Of a stretch of 40,000 bases of DNA, positions 1 through 8,999 are shown one piece after another. Numbering within the stretch: position 1 is the first letter of the stretch; every line of letters begins with the position of its first letter. The position numbers and the translations under genes were made by a program. Below the pieces are notes generated by a model that saw only the letters and a list, made by a program, of their open reading frames with translations, ran no database searches and was not told the origin of the DNA. Source of the DNA: an uncultured phage cr4_1; sequence record NC_055893.1; one strand, given 5' to 3'.

Positions 1-2
1 GT

Positions 3-1028
3 AAAGTTAACTTATTGAATGAACATTTTGGAGTATTTACAGATTATACTGAGGGTGATTTCCAAAATAAGCTTAGATTTACAAGATTGTTTAATACTTC
101 TGCCTTATATGCTACTAATAATTTAGGTGAGCATGAAGCTCAATCTCGTTTTCTGATAGCTTCGTTGATAAATAAAGAAGCTAAGGACAGAAACGGGAAT
201 GTAATAGGAAGCGTATACGATTATTTTTATGTAGAAGACGGTAAGCTTAAATTTGATAAGGATGGAGTAGTAGCAAACTTTAGTCCAGATGAACAAAATT
301 AGTTCTCAGCTAGAGTAAGAGCTTTACTTATGCAAATGCATGGTAATTATGCTCCTCACACTAAAGTAGCTTTATAGAGATGGGGTCTTACACGTTTAGC
401 TTTAATGTTCCGTAAATGGATTATACCTGGTATTAGAAGAAGATATTCTACAGAATACTATGATAATGTCATTGATGATTGGCAAGAAGGTTATTATCGT
501 ACCGGTGCTAGATTCATCAAGAACAAGGTAGGTTCTTTCTTTATGAAATACAAAGATGAAGCAAGAGCATTAGAAATGGCATCAAGTGCAGATTGGAGTA
601 CAATGACCGAATTTGAAAAGTATAATGTAAAAAGGTTTGCTATTGATTCTGCATTCTTAACAGCAGCTATTATACTTACTGCAGTACTTACTAAACTGAA
701 AGATGACGATGACGACGAAGATATGAAGATATTTTGGTCTAATATGGCTTATCAAACTTATCGTCTTAAGACTGATATCGCGTTTTTCTTTAATCCTGCA
801 GATGCTCTTAAGATTGTTCAATCTCCTATTCCTTCCTCTTCACTTATTAAAAGCTTTACTAATTTTATAGGTCAGATTATTAAAGATCCTACTGAGAAAT
901 ATGTACGTGGAGAATGGGAAGATCATTATAAGCTTGAAAAGCAATTCTTCGATTTGTTACCTATAGCGAGACAACTATATCGCTATCAAGATATTGCGAA
1001 TGAGATGACATTATTACAATCTAAATAA
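3..1028 (+). CDS. C-terminal part of a very large late/virion protein (crAss-like RNAP-region or cargo polyprotein type), partial at left edge; in-frame TAGs at 300-302 and 375-377
   Basis: Frame is open from base 3 to TAA at 1026-1028 if the two TAGs are sense codons (…SPDEQN-Q-FSARVRALLMQMHGNYAPHTKVAL-Q-RWGLTRLALMFRKWIIPG…). It joins ORFs 15..302 and 405..1028. Confidence 0.75.
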
Positions 1029-1090
1029 TATCAAAGTAGCTTAGAAAAGAACTTGCTTACTATCATCATTATAGTTTATTATATAAAGAT

Positions 1091-1120
1091 AAAGGCTAAG
1101 GATTAATTTCCTTAGCCTTT
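1091..1120. terminator. Bidirectional intrinsic terminator between convergent gene blocks
   Basis: AAAGGCTAAGGA-ttaatt-TCCTTAGCCTTT, 12-bp perfect stem, followed by T-rich tract. Confidence 0.9.
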
Positions 1121-1175
1121 TTTATTCCCAATATGAGGACATATATATTAGGAATATTTATAGGAACAGTTGAAT

Positions 1176-1772
1176 CTATAGAAATATAATGCCAGAATTA
1201 TCTGGCATTATTTCTTCTGGAATTACCTCATAGATATCAGGTGGTGGTAACATTTCACCGTTATCTTGTACTCTGGCTTGTTCAAATACTTTATTACCAC
1301 ATCTGCAGCTCTTATTAAACAAAGCGTATGTGAAACTTTTAGAACTTAAATTCCAAAAGCTTAATACTTGCTGTTTTAATTCAAGGCTACATTGACTATA
1401 TCTTCCTTCTTTAATACAATTATAATCTTTCTTGTACTTATTAGGTATAGTAAATACAAATATATAATATGTATCTTCATCATCAATATAGATGAACTTA
1501 CTATAAAAATACTTATTCTTTGTTAGAAAGAATAGATTCTTATAGTAAGTATCATCAAATTCATCAATACGGAACATTAGAAATATGTGACTATCTAAAT
1601 ATGGTTTATCCTTCATTGCCATAAAAGCATTTATGAATCTACCATAGGAATTCCAATACATAGCTTGTCCAAAATCACTAAACTTCTCATTCTTCTCCGC
1701 TAACATAGGCAGAAGAAAACGAGTACTTATAGTTCTTTTTCTATTACTACCAAATACATCTACATAATTCAT
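1176..1772 (-). CDS. hypothetical phage protein
   Basis: 198-aa ORF tightly packed with the next gene (overlap). Confidence 0.75.
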   Translation of the reverse strand: MNYVDVFGSNRKRTISTRFLLPMLAEKNEKFSDFGQAMYWNSYGRFINAFMAMKDKPYLDSHIFLMFRIDEFDDTYYKNLFFLTKNKYFYSKFIYIDDEDTYYIFVFTIPNKYKKDYNCIKEGRYSQCSLELKQQVLSFWNLSSKSFTYALFNKSCRCGNKVFEQARVQDNGEMLPPPDIYEVIPEEIMPDNSGIIFL

Positions 1773-2776
1773 AGTCTTTCAGTACCATCCCCCTCATAAT
1801 AGCTAAGAGTATGCTCCCAGTTATTAGTTCGATAATGGTATGAAAGTTCTGTTAATGCATTGATAATAATAGTTTTTTGAGAGTCTAACTCTGTTTCATT
1901 AAACATATCAAATACTCTCACTTCATAGCTACCATTTGTTTGAATAGCAACTATATAGGCTTCACAGTCATAATCTGAAATATCAATATCTTGATCTTTC
2001 ATATACCAAGTAATAGCTAACAAATAATAAGCTATTTGTCTGTAATAGCCAAATTCTTCTACAGAATGTTTAAAGTTATAAACATCTGAAGTAGTCTTTA
2101 AGTCGATTAGAATAATCTTCTTATTGACATGATCGAATATACATCTATCAAGTAGTGACTTGCAAGGTGCATACCAAATCTTATCTTCATCCATTTTAAG
2201 ACTATTAGTCATAATAGGAAATGTCCAGTTAATATGAAACTCATTATGAGATTCTACTCCTGGTATATCTGTTAGTAATTCTTTTGCTTTCTTATGATTA
2301 TCAATGTTAGATTTAATTGTCTTTAACATATTCAAATCAGCAAAGGAAATTACTTTTCTGTTATCTTTTTCATTTCGTAATGCTTCTATATAGTCAGCAT
2401 AACGAATACATAGCTCTGTAGCTTCTTTTAAGACGATTTCAGAGCTTTTTGAATTGCTATATGCAGATTTGTATGCAGCAATCTTCTTATCGTCTTCTAT
2501 GAGCTCTAATGAGTTTGCATAGTTCTCACAGAAATCTTTTTGTTGTTTTACTTTAGGTACTTCATAATCTAAAATAATATAATCCTTCCAAAATTCATCT
2601 GGTTGAAGTATATATTCATGAATCATAGTACCCTTCTCTAATTGTGGTAACTTTAATCCTTCTTCTTTACCGTCGAGCATATTACGGAAATACAAAGGAC
2701 CTTTCTTTAGAAACCAACCAATAGAAGAATTTGATATTCTCGTGTTATCTTCATAATACGGTTTATCAATTATCAT
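1769..2776 (-). CDS. PDDEXK-family exodeoxyribonuclease VIII-like nuclease
   Basis: 335 aa; N-terminal 'ISNSSIGWFLKKGPLYFRNML…KGTMIHEYILQPDEF' and 'IILIDLKTTSD' motif typical of phage exonuclease-8 PDDEXK-like proteins. Confidence 0.7.
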   Translation of the reverse strand: MIIDKPYYEDNTRISNSSIGWFLKKGPLYFRNMLDGKEEGLKLPQLEKGTMIHEYILQPDEFWKDYIILDYEVPKVKQQKDFCENYANSLELIEDDKKIAAYKSAYSNSKSSEIVLKEATELCIRYADYIEALRNEKDNRKVISFADLNMLKTIKSNIDNHKKAKELLTDIPGVESHNEFHINWTFPIMTNSLKMDEDKIWYAPCKSLLDRCIFDHVNKKIILIDLKTTSDVYNFKHSVEEFGYYRQIAYYLLAITWYMKDQDIDISDYDCEAYIVAIQTNGSYEVRVFDMFNETELDSQKTIIINALTELSYHYRTNNWEHTLSYYEGDGTERL

Positions 2777-3434
2777 TCTCTTCCTTGTTTAATTCTATAG
2801 TTACTATTTTAAGTCTCTCTCTTTCAATATAACTATCAGTTAATATACTGCAATTATATTGATTAAGATGACCATAGGATATACCATTATGCCAATGCCC
2901 AAAGAAATGATGCTTATACTTACCGAAACAGTAATATTCAAGCTTCTCATTATAATTAGGATTCTCATGTGTGATTAGAATATCACATTCAGGTATATTT
3001 TCATATGGACATTTATACTTATCATATTCATAATTAGTATCTTCAAATGCCCATGTTTGCCAGTATATAGGAGCTATCCAAGGGGTACCGTAGAAAGTAA
3101 CTCCTTCATATTCATAGAGTTCATCAATAAGAAACACTACCTTATCATCAGTAAGTATAGACATCTTATCTTTGAATTGCTGAAGTGTAATATCTTTATC
3201 TAAACTATCATACAATCGTTCGATATAGATATCATGATTGCCAGGTACTACTATTACTTTCTTACAAGGAAGTTTATCTACCCAGTTTACAAAAGTAACA
3301 CTCCACCATTTATCTGATTCATCGCTGTCTCTTTGAACAACTAACTCTACTACATCACCAGCTATACATAGTACATCACACTCAGGTATACTAGGTAGAT
3401 TACCATGTAAATCGCTAATTGCACATATTTTCAT
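2766..3434 (-). CDS. calcineurin-like metallophosphoesterase
   Basis: ISDLHGN, CIAGDVVE, VPGNHD, ITHENP and FGHWHNG motifs. Confidence 0.9.
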   Translation of the reverse strand: MKICAISDLHGNLPSIPECDVLCIAGDVVELVVQRDSDESDKWWSVTFVNWVDKLPCKKVIVVPGNHDIYIERLYDSLDKDITLQQFKDKMSILTDDKVVFLIDELYEYEGVTFYGTPWIAPIYWQTWAFEDTNYEYDKYKCPYENIPECDILITHENPNYNEKLEYYCFGKYKHHFFGHWHNGISYGHLNQYNCSILTDSYIERERLKIVTIELNKEENDN

Positions 3435-3479
3435 ATTGCAAATTTTTTGTTAGTTTATATACTAATAATGTATAGAAAA

Positions 3480-3881
3480 TTAACATCCTTTCAAATGTTT
3501 TATTAACTCATCTACTTGTTTTTGATTATGAACTATGTAAAATTTTACATTAATTTCACGTCTATACAAGTAGTAGTTAAATAGTTTCTCACGTAAAGGC
3601 CATGCCTCATTAGGATAGCCTTTACATTCGATAATAAATCCATCACCTACAAAATCAGGTAGGTAAGTCATTGGACGATATTTCTTTTCTCCAAAAGTAA
3701 AAGCTGGAAGAAGTTCAAATCTGTGCTTTTCATAATCAGCCTTGATTTTTGCTTCTTTCAGCTTCTTATATGTATAGGTTTCAAGTTTACTTCTAAACTT
3801 TATACCGTCATATTCATTTGGAGTAGCGTTTTTTACTTTTCCTTGCTTCTTTGTACTTTTTCTTCTTACAAATAACATCAT
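3480..3881 (-). CDS. DUF1064-like PDDEXK endonuclease/resolvase-like protein
   Basis: EYDGIKFRSKLE…YLPDFVGDGFIIECKGY…KL layout. Confidence 0.65.
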   Translation of the reverse strand: MMLFVRRKSTKKQGKVKNATPNEYDGIKFRSKLETYTYKKLKEAKIKADYEKHRFELLPAFTFGEKKYRPMTYLPDFVGDGFIIECKGYPNEAWPLREKLFNYYLYRREINVKFYIVHNQKQVDELIKHLKGC

Positions 3882-4156
3882 GATAAGACTACACTCTTAC
3901 AATAAGTTATAGAATCATTCTTAGTAGAAGCTCCAAATGTACTTTTTAATGTAACAGGTTCGCCTTTTATGGCTTTATCCATTACAAATTTGATAATACT
4001 CCATACAGCCTTCCATTTTGCATGACAAGCTTTTGCTTCTCCAGCAAGTACTTGACCAATATAGTCAACTAAGAATGCAGGAATACAGTACATAATGAAA
4101 AGTATTTTGACAGGGTAAGACAATATCTTACCTATATTTTTAATAAATTTCTTCAT
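3878..4156 (-). CDS. hypothetical membrane protein
   Basis: 92-aa ORF with N-terminal hydrophobic segment, overlapping start/stop with neighbours. Confidence 0.6.
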   Translation of the reverse strand: MKKFIKNIGKILSYPVKILFIMYCIPAFLVDYIGQVLAGEAKACHAKWKAVWSIIKFVMDKAIKGEPVTLKSTFGASTKNDSITYCKSVVLS

Positions 4157-5108
4157 AAAGCCAATTTTTTATAGTTTCAAAATCATTTGCTTTAATAGCA
4201 TCTGATATATCTTTAGCCTTAAACTTCTTATGGACTAATAAGCCTTCTAAGCCTGTTTTAAGGCTCATTTTGCGAAGATATTTTACACCAGCTTCATCTC
4301 TATCAAACATTATAATAATGCGTTTAAAACGCTTCTTAAGCTGTTCTAATGCCTTGTCAGGTACAAAAGTTGATTCTGATGATGGGCTTATCGCGGGAAT
4401 ACCCATTTCGTATAAACACATGACGTCTTTCATACTCTTTGTTATAATGAGTATATCACCAGTTTTAGGTAACTGTTTAAATCCCTGAATATCGTTTTCA
4501 GTCAGGTTATTACGCCACTTTGTATATTTATCTGCTAAAGGTCTATATATCTTAAAATGATTATATACCTTATAAGCATACATAGGATTCGTATCCTTGT
4601 AAATACCCTTTACAATACCATTACACAAATAATATTTAATACTACTTACTCCGAATTTCTTCAAAGTAGTAGTACTAATATTGAACTGAGACCAGTAATT
4701 GATGTCTGTTAGAGTAAAGTCTTGTCTTACTACACCAATTACTGTCTCTGTTGACGGTATGTATTGCTTAGAGCTAACGAGTTGCGTATTATTAGTAATC
4801 TTAAGCTTATTAACTATATCATTCAGTATATCTGAATAATTAGTTAAACCAGTAAGTAATGAAACGAACTTAATTACATTACCGCAATCACCTGTGCCAT
4901 GATCCTTAAACATTAACTGTTTAGTAGTCCTACTATAGAAACATCCAAATGATGGATTTTTATCTTTTCTAAAGGGACTATTATAAATCATGCCAACTTT
5001 AAAATTACCTATATACGCTGAATATATATCATACTCTGTTACTTTAGATAGTATATACTCTAAAGTAATATTCTCTTCATCTTTTATGTTCGTAGTGTCA
5101 TATAACAT
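4140..5108 (-). CDS. DnaG-like primase with Toprim domain
   Basis: 322 aa; CHC2-like 'NPSFGCFYSRTTKQLMFKDHGTGDCGNVIKFV' and Toprim 'ILIITKSMKDVM…IIIMFDRDEAG'. Confidence 0.85.
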   Translation of the reverse strand: MLYDTTNIKDEENITLEYILSKVTEYDIYSAYIGNFKVGMIYNSPFRKDKNPSFGCFYSRTTKQLMFKDHGTGDCGNVIKFVSLLTGLTNYSDILNDIVNKLKITNNTQLVSSKQYIPSTETVIGVVRQDFTLTDINYWSQFNISTTTLKKFGVSSIKYYLCNGIVKGIYKDTNPMYAYKVYNHFKIYRPLADKYTKWRNNLTENDIQGFKQLPKTGDILIITKSMKDVMCLYEMGIPAISPSSESTFVPDKALEQLKKRFKRIIIMFDRDEAGVKYLRKMSLKTGLEGLLVHKKFKAKDISDAIKANDFETIKNWLYEEIY

Positions 5109-5123
5109 ATGATATATCTTTAG

Positions 5124-5247
5124 TGGAATACTACGGAATCGAACCGTAAATCAGGCGTATTATAATAGATAGTTCTTGCTTATTTTATTCTATTCATAAT
5201 ATTCAACTATTTCTAGCTACCTTGTTTTACCATTAAACTAGTATCCC
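5124..5247 (-). tRNA. tRNA-like gene with a ~60-nt excess in the anticodon region; isotype unresolved
   Basis: Minus strand: acceptor GGGATAC/GTATTCC, D-arm GTTT-AATGGTA-AAAC, T-arm TACGG-TTCGATT-CCGTA. Between AGGTA… and …CGCCT there is a long insertion instead of a 7-nt anticodon loop. Confidence 0.6.
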
Positions 5248-5255
5248 TTATAAAA

Positions 5256-5382
5256 ACGTGAGTGCATGCTATTACAAATCTATGAATTTTGTAATTCTCC
5301 ACCGCCTTTCACGGCTTGCATCGGATTTCTCTAAGAGTCATGCCACCGACGAATTACTCACATAGCGGCATGCTACTCACGT
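5256..5382 (-). ncRNA. compact structured RNA next to the tRNA-like gene
   Basis: Closed by ACGTGAGT-GCATGC (5256-5269) with GCATGC-T-ACTCACGT (5368-5382), one bulge. Internal ATTACAAA/TTTTGTAAT stem and CTC-TAA-GAG hairpin. No ORF. Confidence 0.5.
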
Positions 5383-5427
5383 ATCGCTATATTATGCCTA
5401 GCGTAGGCAAGCTGTTAAAAGATTATA

Positions 5428-6033
5428 TTAGAACGGCAAATCGTCATTCTGAGTATCTGCTACTCCTTTATCTACCTTATCTAACGGATTAACATCTGTT
5501 GTTTCCTTATCTGCTGTGATAGGACGAACAAAGACATCAATATTCAATTCTGTAATCTTACTTACTTGACCCTCAGGTAAATTCATCGGTTCAATGAAAG
5601 TAAATTTACAATAGTTAGGTAATGTAGTATAACCTTTATTGTTATAAACTATCTTTACTCTAAGTAAAATATCTTTATTTGCTGCATTCAGCAAATTAAC
5701 AACCCAATTAGCAAATTCATTAAATGATGAACCTGCAAAGACGAGAGCTTCTTTAGGATAGAAACAGCTAAGTATCTGCAATATACGCTTTACTTGTCTA
5801 TTTGCTCTGTTCTGAAAGTCTTCTTCAGATTCCATAGGTTTCTTAGTAGACTCCCATTCAGTATGTGTCATAGTCTGTTCATCTTTCTCGAACTTAAATT
5901 CAATAAAGATATTACCATTAATGGACTTATCAACTCTAGCACTTACAAATTTCACATTATCGTGAATACCTGCTTCTAAGTACTTATTTTTACTCTCTTG
6001 TATCTGGTTTGCTAATTCTGTACTATAAATCAT
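5428..6033 (-). CDS. putative single-stranded DNA-binding protein
   Basis: 201 aa in the replication block, acidic tail ending DDLPF as in SSB C-termini. Family assignment is inference. Confidence 0.5.
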   Translation of the reverse strand: MIYSTELANQIQESKNKYLEAGIHDNVKFVSARVDKSINGNIFIEFKFEKDEQTMTHTEWESTKKPMESEEDFQNRANRQVKRILQILSCFYPKEALVFAGSSFNEFANWVVNLLNAANKDILLRVKIVYNNKGYTTLPNYCKFTFIEPMNLPEGQVSKITELNIDVFVRPITADKETTDVNPLDKVDKGVADTQNDDLPF

Positions 6034-6072
6034 AACTTAATCTTTTAAACTGATATAAAATACTGTTAAAAG

Positions 6073-6813
6073 TTACTCAGGCAAATATATTTTATCCCAA
6101 TATACCTTAATATCATTGTTTTCATCGCTTTCTGCAATAACAATGTTCTTACCTCTTAAATGAGGCGCTCTTGCTTCTCTAACGGAGTTATCTCCACCTT
6201 CAAAAGAGATATGAGTTTCATTTCTCTTTCTATATACATAGCCAACAGCATCTGCTTCGCCACATATAATATTAGCAAGTTTACCTACTAAGTCAAGGGA
6301 CATTTCTGACAACTCTTCTCCTTCCTTATTAATCAACTTATCTCGAGTATGACCAATAAGTATAAAGTTATCACATAAATCTCTAAACATATCTATAACT
6401 TTTCTTACAGCTTGTTGTAGATACATATAACCAGAACCATTAGGCAAGGTTCTTACGTCGTTTCCAGAGTAATTCTTACCCATAGGGGTTGCTCTATACA
6501 ACTGTGCTGCATAGCTAAGACATATCTCCTCTAATCTTGAGGCATTGTCTAGAGTAATATATTTGTATGGTTTCTTACCGGTCTGTTTAATTTCTTCTCT
6601 AATTGCTGTAGCAATATCTCCTAAGTCTTTTACAGACCTAGCTTGTACAGCAAGAGCTTCGAGGAACTCAGAACCACCTTCTAAGTCTACGATTAGATTG
6701 TTATCTAATCTAGACGCTAGAGTGGTTTTACCGGCTTTTGGTTTGCCAAATATAATTAAGAATCGAGGATTCTCTACTTTGGCTTTTACTTTCTCTTTCG
6801 GTAATACAATCAT
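6073..6813 (-). CDS. Sak4-like / RecA-fold AAA ATPase
   Basis: Walker A GKPKAGKTTL, ITLDNASRLEE Walker B-like, ILIGHTRDK. Confidence 0.75.
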   Translation of the reverse strand: MIVLPKEKVKAKVENPRFLIIFGKPKAGKTTLASRLDNNLIVDLEGGSEFLEALAVQARSVKDLGDIATAIREEIKQTGKKPYKYITLDNASRLEEICLSYAAQLYRATPMGKNYSGNDVRTLPNGSGYMYLQQAVRKVIDMFRDLCDNFILIGHTRDKLINKEGEELSEMSLDLVGKLANIICGEADAVGYVYRKRNETHISFEGGDNSVREARAPHLRGKNIVIAESDENNDIKVYWDKIYLPE

Positions 6814-6878
6814 AAAGCTTTAATTATATTGTATCCTCTGAGAATGCTTTGGTAGTTTCTGATAGTTTGGATATTTAT

Positions 6879-7394
6879 TTAGAATAAACCACGATTTTTA
6901 ATCTTAATCGTGATATCAATAATAGTCTTTTTAGTTTTCGGTTTCAAATGGTTCAATGAACCAGTTGCAATCGGGATGATATCGTAACCAATCTGTACGA
7001 AGTTATCAAAAATCTTAATCGGTGTACCGAATTCATCTTCAAAGTCATAATCCTTCTTAAAAGGATAATTCTTCTTAGCATAAATATCAAGTGCAGACAA
7101 TGCGTTAAAGAATTCTTTTTCAAGGTCAAAGTTAATGCTACCATCAGCAAAGCACTTGAATGGACATTCTGCACATTCCTTAGGCAACCATCCAATGTTA
7201 TGAGTCTTACTCAAGCCAAGAGTAATATAATCACCAGCACCAGCATATTCAATGCCATAGGTACACTTAGGATAGTCATAATTACTTTCTACTGTTAACC
7301 AAGGATAAGCGTTAACAACACGTTTCATCAAAGATTCTTTGTAGATATCTGCAGTTTTATTGTTTTTCGGTAACTTAAATGTATATGTTTTCAT
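6879..7394 (-). CDS. hypothetical protein
   Basis: 171-aa ORF in the replication operon. Confidence 0.65.
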   Translation of the reverse strand: MKTYTFKLPKNNKTADIYKESLMKRVVNAYPWLTVESNYDYPKCTYGIEYAGAGDYITLGLSKTHNIGWLPKECAECPFKCFADGSINFDLEKEFFNALSALDIYAKKNYPFKKDYDFEDEFGTPIKIFDNFVQIGYDIIPIATGSLNHLKPKTKKTIIDITIKIKNRGLF

Positions 7395-7408
7395 AATTTT
7401 CAGCCTTT

Positions 7409-8389
7409 TTAATTGTTATTACTAAACGAAATCTTCATCACTGGTTCCTCATCTCGTATAGTCTCAATTAAGTTATTGTATTTCAAATCGTTATCAAACT
7501 CTAATATCGCACATTCTCCTGCATCCCTATTTTTAAGTATATGCAAGTAGACTTTATTCTTCACTAGTAAACGATTTGGTCCATACTGTTGTATATTGAG
7601 TAGTTCCGGTCTGTGGATACATATAACATAATCAGATGCATGAAATATAGTATCAGCGGAAGATATATCACTACGCATTGGATAATGCATAGAGGGGTTA
7701 TTAATTCTTTCAGGACTCTCAATGTTTCGATTCATCTGTGATAACTGAATTATAGTAGTATCAGGTAACTTCTTTACTCTGATAAATAGTTTCTGTAAAT
7801 CTGAAATCACTTGCAGGGCTGTTTCACGAGCTTGACCTTCAACAAGTAAAGTATGATCAAGTATAATCACAAATTTCTTGCCTTTAGCCTTATTCTCGTA
7901 GAAATAGTTTATAGTAGATGCTATATCGTCAACAGTACCCGGTGTATCTACATAATATATCGGATATGATTTTATTTGTTGAGAAGTTTGTTCAACTTTA
8001 GCTAATAAATCATCATCTAATTCATTATTAGCACTGTATAGCTCTGCAGTAGTTTGCCTTAGCTTACTGCTCATTTTTCTACCTACCTGCCTAGAACTTA
8101 ACATCTCAAATGAGAAATTAAGTACTATAACATCCTGTTTAGAATTTAAATCTATTAAATCAGTTTCAAGCGTATTTACAAATGAAGATTTACCACTACC
8201 AGATATACCTACTATAGTATATATCGTATTAGGTTCAATACCACCCATACAGGATTTATTGAACTTATTCCATCTTGTACGTAGTGAAATAATCTCATGA
8301 TTTTTTCTTCTACGTATATACTCTACTGCTTCATTTGTAGCTGAAGATATATGACGGAATGGTAGTGTTTTAGATAAGTTCTGTTCCAT
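7409..8389 (-). CDS. DnaB-like replicative helicase (SF4)
   Basis: 'PNTIYTIVGISGSGKSSFVNTL', 'VILNFSFEMLSSRQVGRKMSSKL', 'KKFVIILDHTLL', 'TTIIQLSQMNRNIE'. Confidence 0.85.
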   Translation of the reverse strand: MEQNLSKTLPFRHISSATNEAVEYIRRRKNHEIISLRTRWNKFNKSCMGGIEPNTIYTIVGISGSGKSSFVNTLETDLIDLNSKQDVIVLNFSFEMLSSRQVGRKMSSKLRQTTAELYSANNELDDDLLAKVEQTSQQIKSYPIYYVDTPGTVDDIASTINYFYENKAKGKKFVIILDHTLLVEGQARETALQVISDLQKLFIRVKKLPDTTIIQLSQMNRNIESPERINNPSMHYPMRSDISSADTIFHASDYVICIHRPELLNIQQYGPNRLLVKNKVYLHILKNRDAGECAILEFDNDLKYNNLIETIRDEEPVMKISFSNNN

Positions 8390-8942
8390 AATTATAGTTA
8401 TCTATGGTTGAAGGTTTATCTAATTTCATTTGTTCATCATAGGTTTCCCACTCGTGTTGAGTAAGCCATTTCCACATAGTTTTCATATAACCCATTTTAC
8501 CGGTCATCATCTTGTTATCTATCTCAAATTTAAGACAATTAATAAGATGTTGATGCATAGCTTTACTTTTGCCTACTATGCGATTATATTCTTTTCTACA
8601 TTTGTTTACATTTGCTCTGAGGAAACCTTTAGTTCCATCAGGTCTCATAACGTAAACTGGAAATTGGTCATAAAATTCATCAAACATAGTTTTATCTTCT
8701 TTTAGAAGTTCAGCTAATTTATTTGTTTTATTTATGACTTTGGTATCTCCATCATACTGGATAGAGATTAAACCTAAATGCTCTAACTCTCGTATTTCTT
8801 CTTCATTAACTAGGCTGAGAAGTCTCTGAATGTCTTGATTGATTGTTTTGATATCACTCAATACGATAGTTAGGAATACTAATTGATTAATAGTTAGGTT
8901 GGGTATTCTATCTAAGATAGAAGTATCTATTTCTAAAATCAT
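8370..8942 (-). CDS. hypothetical replication-block protein
   Basis: 190-aa ORF between helicase and polymerase. Confidence 0.65.
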   Translation of the reverse strand: MILEIDTSILDRIPNLTINQLVFLTIVLSDIKTINQDIQRLLSLVNEEEIRELEHLGLISIQYDGDTKVINKTNKLAELLKEDKTMFDEFYDQFPVYVMRPDGTKGFLRANVNKCRKEYNRIVGKSKAMHQHLINCLKFEIDNKMMTGKMGYMKTMWKWLTQHEWETYDEQMKLDKPSTIDNYNYGTELI

Positions 8943-8999
8943 ATTCTCATATTTAAATATGAGCTTATAGTTCTTTGAAATATTTTGGTAAAGCCTTTG

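Noticed and set aside
4270-6823. Plus-strand ORFs at 4270, 5794 and 6545 antisense to primase, SSB-like and Sak4-like genes
   Set aside because: Shadow ORFs of well-supported minus-strand genes.
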